Shown here: in pieces, positions 51,289 through 64,000 of the stretch | Position numbering within the stretch: position 1 is the stretch's first letter | How the letters are laid out: each line of letters opens with the position of its first letter | DNA from: Eledone cirrhosa | Taxonomy: Eukaryota | Length of the DNA stretch: 64,000 bases | Reading direction: 5' to 3' | NCBI GenBank assembly: GCA_964016885.1 | Contig: CAXHJY010001472.1 | Location: forward strand, 372,001 to 436,000 | Program-made: the position numbers and the translations under genes | The notes under the pieces: generated by a model | What the model was told of the DNA's origin: nothing | The model's input: the letters and a program-made list of their open reading frames with translations, nothing else | Database searches by the model: none

Positions 51289-51936
51289 TATGTATGTATG
51301 TGTATATGTATGTATGTATGTATGTATATGTATGTATGTGTATGAGATGCAGTTTGGTTTTGTGCCGCTGAAAAGTGCAACAGATGCCCTCTTCTTAGTG
51401 AGACAACTACAAAAGAGGTTCTTAGAGAAAAATAAGCCACTATACTTAGCTTTGGACATAGAGAAGGCTTTTGATAGAGAACTCTTATAAATGACAACAT
51501 ATATATATGTGTGTGTATATATATGTTTTTTTTAAAACTATATATTTATTACTCCCTTAAGCAGAAGAAATATATTCCCAGATATCGAAGATTACCACAA
51601 TAACTAGGGAGCGGAAATCAATAGATGCTGGACATTGCTGCTGAGGGTAGGATGACCTGATGAGCTGGCTCCTGTGGTGGATACCTAAACATAGTAAGAG
51701 CCAAGTGGGATGACTGAGGTTCACCTACATACATCAGATGTCTCTGGATCTCCAGCTGGAGATTAATGATCTCAGGAATGCCATGAAAAATCGTGACATC
51801 TAAAAAAGAAGAGTAGAATTGTTCTGGCCAATCCACCTGACCTAATAAACAATAATAATATTAATATATATTGATGAAAATTAATTATGGTGAAATATCT
51901 TAGAAATCATTCTCAGAGGTTTTGTATTGTAATCCA

Positions 51937-53967
51937 CACTTGCTCCTTGTGGTTTCTGATGCAGACATCATGTCCGCCATCAGGTCCTTCCCAGCTAGCA
52001 GCTGCGGAGATGTTGATGGTCTCTGACCAGGCCTCCTCAAGGAGTTGATATCTCCCCTCTCCGCTGAGGCCGGGCGCCGCCTTCTGAGTGCAATTGTGGC
52101 GCTCACCAATAGGCTCATCCATGGCGCCCTGGACTCTTATGCTCGAGGCCTCTTTTTTTCAGCCAGCTTCACCGCTCTCAGGAAGAAAGAGGGTGGCATA
52201 CGCCCCATTGCTGTGGGCAATGTCTTCCGGAGGCTGGCTGCCAAGGTAATCTGCAAGTCCGTAACACTCGGAACCGGCATCCAGGGACTCCAGCCACCTC
52301 ATTGTCAAGTTTGACATGAGGAATGCCTTCAACTCTTTACGCTGGGATCATCTGCTCGAGGCCTGCCTCAGCCGAGCCCCCTCTGCCTAGCTGTCATATG
52401 GAGCCCCGAGCATGCGCCATGCTGCTGATACGGTCATACCCTTGGCTACTGGGATCCAACAGGGCAACCCTTTGGGACCCCTCCTGTTCACCCTTGGTAT
52501 TGACCACATCGCCCGGAGTATAACGGCTCCTCTCAACGTTTGGTATCTGGATGATGCTACTTTGGGTGGGCCCGTACAGGCGGTCTGCCATGACCTTCAA
52601 TCGGTGGTTCCTGCCCTGGCGGGAATCGACCTCCAGGTCAACTCAGCCAAGTCGGAGGTGGTGAATGTCAGCGTCGATGCTGCAAGCTTTGCAGTCTCCG
52701 TCTTGGACGTGCGGTCCATTCTCCGCCAGGTTCAGGTGACCCCCAAAGAGGATGCCCTCACCGATCCACCCGCCGGCCATCCGCTCCACCATCAAGTTCA
52801 GACTCTCACGAGCCGACTGGGCTTGATTGATGGCCACCCAGTTCTCTTTCTGCTGAGGAACTGCTACGCCATGCCGAAGCTCCTCTATACACTCTGTGCT
52901 ACACCCAGACTTGTATCCGAGCAGCAGCCGATGAGATATGCAACTTTACCTATCAGGTATGGCGACCTTCGCCTCCAGTCCCCGATCTCACTAGCTTTGC
53001 CGGCGTATCTTTCGTCGGTAACCTCGTACCACGTCCACCTCAGCAGGGTTCTTCAAAACACAACAGAACCCTCTGTGTTCAGAGAACGCGTGGCCGCCTG
53101 TGAGACGTGGCACCGGCTGGGACTTAGCCCAGTAGACGTTCCTCCTCCTTCTCCCCCTGTTGACGTCAAGTCTCCCCAAAATACTTGGGATGCCATCCAG
53201 TGCAGCCTGGCCTCAGACAGGCTCACGCGCCAGCTCGACCAGCACCGCCTTGTTTGTTTTCGTGCGGCCTCCAAACCCCACAGTGGGGCCTGGCTCCATG
53301 CCCTGCCCTCCTTCTCCACTCGCACGCAGCTAGACATCCATAGCTTGCGCATCGGCGTTTCCCTGAGGCTCGGCCTCACACCAATGTCGCTGCCGTTCCA
53401 CCATGGACTCTTTCGGCCTCCACCCGCTTTCCTGTCGCCACAGTGCCAGCCGCAATCCACGCCATGCTGCCCTCAACGAAGTCATTAAGCATGGCTTGGA
53501 CGCTGCAGGCTTCCCTTCCCAGCTCCAGGGGACGGCAAAAGGCCAGATGGCATGACCATCTTCCCGTTCCGCGGTGGCAAACCCCTCGTCTGGGATGCCA
53601 CTTGCACCGACACTTTCTGCAGCAGCAACCTGGTGCAGTCTGCGACTGGCCCAGGTTCTGCTGCACGTCAGGCTGAGAGGGCCAAACTCCTCACATATCG
53701 TTCACTCTCCGACAGGTTTGCGGTCGTACCCCTGGAAGTGGAGACTTCTGGTGTCCTCGACCCCAGGGCTACCTCCTTACTCACCACCATAGGCGCTGAG
53801 CTGGCCAGCCGCAGGTGTGAGCCCCGCGAGTTGGAGTGGCTTTTCCAGCGCTTCTCCCTTGCCGTGCTCCGGGGAAACGCCTTCTCCATTCTGTCCGCCG
53901 GGGCTGTGGGTGGGCCCCATCGCGTACCGTTATAGTTGTTGAAGAAGAAACAGGCAGACAACAACTG
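51937..53967 (+). mobile_element. CRE-clade retrotransposon, copy 5 (most divergent; retains RPDG and an extra 3' segment)
   Basis: 358-aa ORF 52412-53488; KKEGGIRPIAVG; GDGKRPDGMT; extra 34 bp at the stop codon. Confidence 0.88.
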
Positions 53968-55730
53968 GAATGTATACAAAACAACTAAATCTCTTAAATA
54001 ACTTCACTTATATCCAAAATATGATTTGTATATACATCAACAGTGACTCATTATTATACGCCAGTCACGACCCCACTGCAAAAACGATATCTATATAACA
54101 ACCCCACCGTAAAACTACTCTTCCCCACTTTACAAACACTTTATATTATTTGTCATTAAGGTTTCTTAAAATAAATATATATACGTATGTGTAGTAATTA
54201 GTACGGGGACTGAGAGAGAAGGGACGAGTGTGTCTTCATGGAGGGCACATGGGACCAGCAAAGTCCTAAAAGTAGAGACCAGTAAATGAGATAAGGTCCT
54301 AGCTATGTTAAGAATATAAATAAGAAACATGTTCTATACATTTAAGAAGACAAGAGAAACATGTTCTAAACATTTAAGAAATAATTATTTACCTCTTTCA
54401 TGTCGGTAATATAGCGGTGTTATAAAACTAATTATAACGACTGGTGTTAAAATAGAGAGAGATAGACAGATAAATGTGTGTCACACTCTCACCCTCTCTT
54501 TAAATCTTTTACACTATCTTTACATCTTTTACTCTATCTCCCTCTTATTTCTATCTGTGTACATATATATGTGTATGTATGTATCTGTCTATGTGTAACT
54601 CGGTGTACTGGAGCAATATGAAGTGAAGTGTCTTGCTCAAGAAGACATTTTGTGGAGTTATATCATCGTTTCTTGTTATAAAGCTACTTATACTACCGGC
54701 GTAACAGTGGCTATAGGTGATAGATGTAGAAATAAAAGGCTGTAACAGCGATATAAATATAGATGAAATAGTTTACCACGAGACTAAGAATGAATGTTTA
54801 ATGGAATTAAGTGTAATCTAATAGGAAATAAGAGGCTAGAGCAGCGAAATGTTTACGTAAAATAAAAGAACAACAAACAAGAGTGCAACATTGAAATTTT
54901 TGTTTTATTTTCTCGATATAAGCGTTATTTTATGCGCGATTTGCCTTGCTGCCGGCGTTGCTCAGTCAGTAGCAGCCCCGCTTACGAACTTCAGGAGCCA
55001 ACGACTTTACATGGTTCGAATCTCACCCTCTCCGCTCTTGTCGAGTTATCTCCTACTCTTTTTACTTAGTTCCAGGTCATTTAAATAGAGCAAAGAGGGC
55101 GCGGCGATCGGCATATGCACTGGCTACAATGTTGAACTTTGGTACTGACTGCGTAGTTGAACGTTCCACATACCAACCGCCCAACTGGCCAGTCAACCGC
55201 AAATACGGCTGGCTGGCCGGTTGGGTAGTTGGCATATGTACTGGCTACCATGCTGAACATTGTACTGACTGTCAAGTTGAACGTTCTAACCCTCTCTTTA
55301 CATCTATTGCTCTATCTACCGCTTATTTCTCTCCCTCTCTTTACTTCTATAACTCTATCTCCCACTCTCTTTACATCTATTACAGTGTCTCCCTGTATAT
55401 ATACACGTATATATGCACTAGATTTTATAAGAAATCTACGTAATAATATAATTAACAATAGTTGATGAATTAGACCAGAGTTAATTAAACAATAAATATG
55501 AATGAAATAGCAGTAGATGGCGAAACTTGAGTGTTGTGTGTGCATACATATATATGAGGTAAACTGGTTCAAATACTGTCAGGATTATATTGGATCAAAG
55601 ACTGTATTAAATAGAAAGTAAAAAATGAAGTGAAAATATAAAAACAAACTGAAAATTTCCCCATCCCTAGAAAAATTCATATCTTGTTATATATAGATAA
55701 TTGGGGCTTTAAATTGAATAAATATTCATT

Positions 55731-55769
<39 letters not shown>

Positions 55770-57220
55770 GTACACTGATATATATGTGTGTGTATATATA
55801 TATATATATGTACATATATGTATGTGTATATGTGTACATATGTATGTGTATATATATACTAATATATATATATATATATCAACTTCATCATACGTCCGCT
55901 TTTCCATGCTTGCAAGGGTGGGGTGGGAGCTGATTCTGGATTGGTTTCTACAGCTGGGTGCCCTTCCTGACGCCAACCCAGTTTGCAGTGAGTGCTGGGT
56001 GCTTTTTTTTTTTCCGTGGCACCTCCACGTCAGCTTTACAGAGCGGGCTGGGTGCTTTTTTGCCGTGGCGCCTCCACGACCACTTTACGGTGGGGTGGTG
56101 GGGTGGTATGTGTATACCCAGCCCATTGTCATTTCCCACCCAGAAAAGTTCATAGCACCGTTCTTTACCCACGATGAATCTAGCAGACCCACCCCTCCAC
56201 CTGGTCTCTTGAATACAACAGTGGTTTCACTAAAATAAAAATTAAATTAAATTAAATTAAATTAATTATATTAGATAAATAGACATTGGGGTTCTCACCA
56301 AAGATTTTCAGTTATTTCTAAGAGATGTAAAAGGAAAATTAAAAAAAGATTAATAGGACACATTAGACATGTCTCCAAGCAAGAATTGAACTTACAGACA
56401 AGGATCTCACCATCTCTGGTACTTCCCACTAAGACACCAAGACTGCTACAAAGGTCTATTGAAAATTAATATTTATAAACCTACTTTCAAAATATAACTA
56501 ATTTAATTAAAAATAAAATAAAATAAATAGACATTGGCGTTCTCACAAAACTTTTTCAGTTTTTTTTTCTAAGAAATGTCAAAGGAATATATATATATAT
56601 ATTTTATTTTTAATTTTATTTTGAAAGTAGGTTTATAAATATTAAATTTCAGTACATCATTGTATCAGTCTCGGTAGCTTAGTGGGAAGTACCAGAGATG
56701 GTGAGATCCTGTTCTGGGTGTTCAATCCTGGTCTGAGGGTTGAATTGAGGACTCAGGTTCAATCCTGGTCCATGAGATACATGTAAGGTGTCATGTTAAT
56801 CTTTTATAATTTTCTTTCTATGTCTCTTTGAAAAAGAGAACCCCTATTTATTTAATTATATTGAATTTAATTTTTTATTTTAGTTAAATTGTCGAAAACA
56901 CTGAAGATCTAAAGGTTGAGGAGACAATATGTCTATTTTATCTGTCTCCTCTAACTTTAGATCACCAGTGGTTTTGACAATTTAACTAAAGTAAAATAAA
57001 ATAAAATTAATTAAATTATATTAGATAAATAGACATTGGGGTTCTCACCAAAGATTTTCAGTTTTTTCTGAGGAAAATTTAAAAAAAGATTAACAGGACA
57101 CATTACAGCAATGATTGAACTCCCAGACCAGGATTGAACCTACAGACAAGGACCTCACCATCTCTGGTACTTCCCACTAAGCCGCCAAGACTGCTACAAA
57201 GGTCTGCTGATAATTAATAT

Positions 57221-60200
57221 TTATCTCCGCTTGGACAGCTGGAAATTATCTGCCCTTGATTTTGTTTTTACAAATTATCTCCCCCTGATTTTTTTTACAA
57301 ATTATCTCCACCTGATTTTTTAAAAAATTATCTCCCCTTGGACGGCTGGAAATTATCTCCCCTTGGCTGGAAATTATCTCCCCTTGGACGGCTAGAAATT
57401 ATCTCTCTTTGGACGGCTGGAAATTATCTCCCTTTGATTTTTTTAACAAATTATCTCCCTCTGATTTTTTTTACAAATCTCCCCCTGATTTTTAAAAAAA
57501 AATTATTTCCCCTTCGCTGGCTGGAAATTATCTCCCCTTGGACACTGGAAATTATAGCCCCTTGGAGGGCTGGAAATTATCTTCCCTTGGACGGCTGGAA
57601 ATTATCTCCCCTTGATTTTTTTTACAAATTATCTCCCCCTGATTTTTTTTTACAAATTATCTCCCCCTGTTTTTTTTTACAAATTATCTCCCCCTGATTT
57701 TTTTTACAAATTATCTCCCCCTGATTTTTTTAAAAATTATCTTCCCTTGGCTGGCGGGAAATTATCTCCCCTTGGACGGCTGGAAATTATCTCCCCTTGG
57801 AAGGATGGAAATTATCTCCCCTTGGACGGCTGGAAATTATCTCCCCTTGGACGGCTGAAAATTATCTCCCCTTGATTTTTTTTTACAAATTATCTCCCCC
57901 TGATTTTTTTTTACAAATTATCTCCCCCTGATTTTTTTTTTATAAATTATCTCTCCCTGATTTTTTGTTACAAATATCTCCCCTTGGCTGGCTGGAAATT
58001 ATCTCATCTTGGCTGGCTAGAAATTATCTCCCCTTGGACGGTTGGAAATTATCTCCCCTTGGACGGCTGGAAATTATCTCCCCTTGGACGGCTGGAAATT
58101 ATCTCCTCTTGGACTGCTGGAAATTATCTCCCCTTGGACGGCTGGAAATTATCTGCCCTTGATTTTTTTTTACAAATTATCTCCCCCTGATTTTTTTAAA
58201 AATGATCTCCCCTTGGACGGCTGGAAACGATCTCCCCTTGGCTGGTTGGAAATTATCTCCCCTTGGACCGCTAGAAATTATCTCTCCTTGGACGGCTAGA
58301 AATTATCTCCCCTTGATTTTTTTACAAATTATCTCCCCCTGATCTTTTTTACAAATCTCCCAGTGATTTTTTTAAAAAAATTATCTCCCCTTCGCTGGCT
58401 GGAAATTATCTCCCCTTGGACGCTGGAAATTATAGCCCCTTGGAGGGCTGGAAATTATCTTCCCTTGGACGGCTGGAAATTATCTCCCCTTGATTTTTTT
58501 TACAAATTATCTCCCCCTGATTTTTTTTACAAATTATCTGCCCCTGATTTTTTTTTTACAAATTATCTCCCCCTGATTTTTTTTTACAAATTATCTACCC
58601 CTGATTTTTTTTACAAATTATCTCCCCCTGATTTTTTTTAAAAATGATCTCCCCTTGGACGGCTGGAAATGATCTCCCCTTGGCTGGTTGGAAATTATCT
58701 CCCCTTGGACCGCTAGAAATTATCTCTCCTTGGACGGCTGGAAATTATCTCCCCTTGATTTTTTTACAAATTATCTCCCCCTGATTTTTTTTACAAATCT
58801 CCCTGTGATTTTTTAAAAAAATTATCTCCCCTTCGCTGGCTGGAAATTATCTCCCCTTGGACGCTGGAAATTATAGCCCCTTGGAGGGCTGGAAATTATC
58901 TTCCCTTGGACGGCTGGAAATTATCTCCCCTTGATTTTTTTTTACAAATTATCTCCCCCTGATTTTTTTTTTACAAATTATCTCCCCCTGATTTTTTTTT
59001 ACAAATTATCTCCCCCTGATTTTTTTTAACAAATTATCTCCGCCTGATTTTTTTAAAAAAATTATCTCCCCTTGGACGGCTGGAAATTATCTCCCCTTGG
59101 ACGGCTGGAAATTATCTCCCCTTGGACGGCTAGAAATTACCTCTCCTTGGACGGCTGAAAATTATCTCCCCTTGGACGGCTGCAAATTATCTCCCCTTGA
59201 TTTTTTTTACAAATTATCTCCCCTTGATTTTTTTTACAAATTATCTCCCCCTGATTTTTTTTACAAATTATCTCCCCCTGATTTTTTTTTACAAATTATC
59301 TCCCCCTGATTTTTTTTTTACAAATTATCTCCCCCTGATTTTTTTACAAATTATCTTCCCTTGGCTGGCGGGAAATTATCTCCCCTTGGACGGCTGGAAA
59401 TTATCTCCCCTTGGAAGGATGGAAATTATCTCCCCTTGGACGGCTGGAAATTATCTCCCCTTGCACGGCTGGAAATTATCTCCCCTTGGACAGCTGGAAA
59501 TTATCTGCCCTTGATTTTGTTTTTACAAATTATCTCCCCCTGATTTTTTTACAAATTATCTCCACCTGATTTTTTAAAAAATTCTCTCCCCTTGGACGGC
59601 TGGAAATTATCTCCCCTTGGCTGGAAATTATCTCCCCTTGGACGGCTAGAAATTATCTCTCTTTGGACGGCTGGAAATTATCTCCCTTTGATTTTTTTAA
59701 CAAATTATCTCCCTCTGATTTTTTTTACAAATCTCCCCCTGATTTTTTTTAAAAAATTATCTCCCCTTCGCTGGCTGGAAATTATCTCCCCTTGGACACT
59801 GGAAATTATAGCCCCCTGGAGGGCTGGAAATTATCTTCCCTTGGACGGCTGGAAATTATCTCCCCTTGATTTTTTTTACAAATTATCTCCCCCTGATTTT
59901 TTTTTACAAATTATCTCCCCCTGATTTTTTTTACAAATTATCTCCCCCTGATTTTTTTTTACAAATTATCTCCCCCTGATATTTTTTTACGAATCTCCGC
60001 CTGATTTTTTAAAAAAATTATCTCCCCTTGGACGGCTGGAAATTATCTCCCCTTGGACGGCTGGAAATTATCTTCCCTTGGACGGCTGGAAATTATCTCC
60101 CCTTGATTTTTTTACAAATTATATGCCCCTGATTTTTTTTTTACAAATTGTCTCCCCCTGATTTTTTTTTACAAATTATCTACCCCGGATTTTTTTTACA

Positions 60201-63200
60201 AATTATCTCCCCCTGATTTTTTTAAAAATGATCTCCCCTTGGACGGCTGGAAATGATCTCCCCTTGGCTGGTTGGAAATTATCTCCCCTTGGACCGCTAG
60301 AAATTATCTCTCCTTGGACGGCTGGAAATTATCTCCCCTTGATTTTTTTACAAATTATCTCCCCCTGATTTTTTTTACAAATCTCCCAGTGATATTTTAA
60401 AAAAATTATCTCCCCTTCGCTGGCTGGAAATTATCTCCCCTTGGACGCTGGAAATTATAGCCCCTTGGAGGGCTGGAAATTATCTTCCCTTGGACGGCTG
60501 GAAATTATCTCCCCCTGATTTTTTTTTACAAATTATCTCCCCCTGATTTTTTTTACAAATTATCTCCGCCTGATTTTTTAAAAAAAATTATCTCTCCTTG
60601 GACGGCTGAAAATTATCTCTCCTTGGACGGCTGGAAATTATCTCCCCTTGATTTTTTTACAAATTATCTGCCCCTGATTTTTTTTTTACAAATTATCTCC
60701 CCCTGATTTTTTTTTACAAATTACCTACCCCGGATTTTTTTTACAAATTATCTCCCACTGAGTTTTTTAAAAATGATCTCCCCTTGGACGGCTGGAAATG
60801 ATCTCCCCTTGGCTGGTTGGAAATTATCTCCCCTTGGACCGCTAGAAATTATCTCTCCTTGGACGGCTGGAAATTATCTCCCCTTGATTTTTTTACAAAT
60901 TATCTCCCCCTGATTTTTTTTACAAATCTCCCAGTGATATTTTAAAAAAATTATCTCCCCTTCGCTGGCTGGAAATTATCTCCCCTTGGACGCTGGAAAT
61001 TATAGCCCCTTGGAGGGCTGGAAATTATCTTCCCTTGGACGGCTGGAAATTATCTCCCCCTGATTTTTTTTTACAAATTATCTCCCCCTGATTTTTTTTT
61101 ACAAATTATCTCCCCCTGATTTTTTTTAACAAATTATCTCCGCCTGATTTTTTTTAAAAAATTATCTCCCCTTGGATGGCTGGAAATTATCTCCCCTTGG
61201 ACGGCTGGAAATTATCTCCCCTTGGACGGCTAGAAATTACCTCTCCTTGGACGGCTGAAAATTATCTCCCCTTGGACGGCTGCAAATTATCTCCCCTTGA
61301 TTTTTTTTACAAATTATCTCCCCTTGATTTTTTTTACAAATTATCTCCCCCTGATTTTTTTACAAATTATCTCCCCCTGATTTTTTTTTACAAATTATCT
61401 CCCCCTGATTTTTTTACAAATTATCTCCCCCTGATTTTTTTTACAATCTCCGCCTGATTTTTTTTAAAATTATCTTCCCTTGGCTGGCGGGAAATTATCT
61501 CCCCTTGGACGGCTGGAAATTATCTCCCCTTGGAAGGATGGAAATTATCTCCCCTTGGACGGCTGGAAATTATCTCCCCTTGCACGGCTGGAAATTATCT
61601 CCCCTTGGACAGCTGGAAATTATCTGCCCTTGATTTTGTTTTTACAAATTATCTCCCCCTGATTTTTTTTACAAATTATCTCCACCTGATTTTTTAAAAA
61701 ATTATCTCCCCTTGGACGGCTGGAAATGATCTCCCCTTGGCTGGTTGGAAATTATCTCCCCTTGGACCGCTAGAAATTATCTCTCCTTGGACGGCTGGAA
61801 ATTATCTCCCCTTGATTTTTTTACAAATTATCTCCCCCTGATTTTTTTTACAAATCTCCCAGTGATTTTTTTAAAAAATTATCTCCCCTTCGCTGGCTGG
61901 AAATTATCTCCCCTTGGACGCTGGAAATTATAGCCCCTTGGAGGGCTGGAAATTATCTTCCCTTGGACGGCTGGAAATTATCTCCCCTTGATTTTTTTTA
62001 CAAATTATCTCCCCCTGATTTTTTTTTACAAATTATCTCCCCCTGATTTTTTTTTACAAATTATCTCCCCCTGATTTTTTTTAACAAATTATCTCCGCCT
62101 GATTTTTTTTAAAAAATTATCTCCCCTTGGACGGCTGGAAATTATCTCCCCTTGGACAGCTGGAAATTATCTCCCCTTGGACGGCTAGAAATTACCTCTC
62201 CTTGGACGGCTGAAAATTATCTCCCCTTCGACGGCTGCAAATTATCTCCCCTTGATTTTTTTTACAAATTATCTCCCCTTGATTTTTTTTTACAAATTAT
62301 CTCCCCCTGATTTTTTTTACAAATTATCTCCCCCTGATTTTTTTTTACAAATTATCTCCCCCTGATTTTTTTTACAAATTATCTCCCCCTGATTTTTTTA
62401 CAAATTATCTCCCCCTGATTTTTTTTACAATCTCCGCCTGATTTTTTTAACCCTTGGCTGGCTGGAAATTATCTCCCCTTGGACGGCTGGAAATTATCTC
62501 CCCTTGGAAGGATGGAAATTATCTCCCCTTGGACGGCTGGAAATTATCTCCCCTTGCACGGCTGGAAATTATCTCCCCTTGATTTTTTTACAAATTATCT
62601 CCCCCTGATTTTTTTTTACAAATTATCTCCCCCTGATTTTTTTTACAAATTATCTCCCCCTGATTTTTTTTACAAATTATCTCCATCTGATTTTTTAAAA
62701 AGTTATCTCCCCTTGGACGGCTGGAAATTATCTCCCCTTGGCTGGAAATTATCTCCCCTTGGATGGCTAGAAATTATCTCTCTTTGGACGGCTGGAAATT
62801 ATCTCCCTTTGATTTTTTTAACAAATTATCTCCCTCTGATTTTTTTTACAAATCTCCCCCTGATTTTTAAAAAAAAATTATCTCCCCTTCGCTGGCTGGA
62901 AATTATCTCCCCTTGGACACTGGAAATTATAGCCCCCTGGAGGGCTGGAAATTATCTTACCTTGGACGGCTGGAAATTATCTCCCCTTGATTTTTTTTTA
63001 CAAATTATCTCCACCTGATTTTTTTTTTACAAATTATCTCCCCCTGATTTTTTTTACAAATTATCTCCCCCTGATTTTTTTACAAATTATCTCCGCCTGA
63101 TTTTTTTAAAAATTATCTTCCCTTGGCTGGCGGGAAATTATCTCCCCTTGGACAGCTGGAAATTATCTCCACTTGGAAGGATGGAAATTATCTCCCCTGG

Positions 63201-64000
63201 GACAGCTGGAAATTATCTCCCCTTGGACGGCTGAAAATTATCTCCCCTTGATTTTTTTTTACAAATTATCTCCCCCTGATTTTTTTTTACAAATTATCTC
63301 CCCCTGATTTTTTTTACAAATTATCTTCCCCTGATTTTTTTTACAAATTATCTCCATCTGATTTTTTAAAAAATTATCTCCCCTTGGACGGCTGGAAATT
63401 ATCTCCCCTTGGCTGGAAATTATCTCCCCTTGGACGGCTAGAAATTATCTCGCCTTGGACGGCTAGAAATTACCTCTCCTTGGACGGCTGAAAATTATCT
63501 CCCCTTGGACGGCTGCAAATTATCTCCCCTTGATTTTTTTTACAAATTATCTCCGCCTGATTTTTTTTTACAAATTATCTACCCCTGATTTATTTTACAA
63601 ATTATCTCCACCTGATTTTTTTTTACAAATTATCTCCCCCTGATTTTTTTTACAAATTATCTCCTCCTGATTTTTTTTTACAAATTATCTCCCCCTGATT
63701 TTTTAAAAAATTATCTTCCCTTGGCTGGCGGGAAATTATCTCCCCTTGGACGGCTGGAAATTATCTCCCCTTGGAAGGATGGAAATTATCTCCCCTTGGA
63801 CGGCTGGAAATTATCTCCCCTTGCACGGCTGGAAATTATCTCCCCTTGGACAGCTGGAAATTATCTGCCCTTGATTTTGTTTTTACAAATTATCTCCCCC
63901 TGATTTTTTTTACAAATTATCTCCACCTGATTTTTTAAAAAATTATCTCCCCTTGGACGGCTGGAAATTATCTCCCCTTGGCTGTAAATTATCTCCCCTT
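57221..64000. repeat. Satellite of two related monomers, AAATTATCTCCCCTTGGACGGCTGG (25 bp) and AAATTATCTCCCCCTGA(T)nAC (~26-27 bp), with higher-order structure
   Basis: Directly visible; runs off the window end. Confidence 0.97.

Noticed and set aside
57221-64000. CRISPR-like array (constant core with variable intervening sequence) and its repetitive ORFs
   Set aside because: The intervening parts are only two recurring 9-11 bp types, not unique spacers; no cas genes; eukaryotic context.

Overview
AT-rich, repeat-saturated animal genomic DNA with no recognisable host protein-coding gene. The RTE LINE/SINE repertoire and dense (TA/TG)n microsatellites suggest a mollusc such as an octopus (inference). 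Bases 1-25.6 kb and 34.8-57.2 kb are a mosaic segmental duplication of roughly 6-12 kb units built from dead mobile elements: RTE LINEs, a GC-rich CRE-clade RT/RLE retrotransposon (5 copies), an RTE-tailed tRNA SINE, a chimeric non-autonomous RTE, ~730-bp foldback elements, a tRNA-like sequence and a palindrome. One unit carries a young RTE insertion that the others lack. The 25.6-34.8 kb interval holds a minisatellite, a MITE, more foldback copies, an 11-bp telomere-like satellite and the most interesting object. That object is a non-coding 859-bp element (28037-28895) inserted in (TA)n, with two 264-bp direct repeats that each carry a minus-strand type I hammerhead ribozyme motif (U3-A8 core, palindromic helix III), i.e. 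a retrozyme- or Penelope-like element predicted to release a 595-nt RNA. The window ends in a two-monomer 25/27-bp satellite with a ~2.2-kb higher-order period. Boundaries were read by eye and may be off by a few bases.
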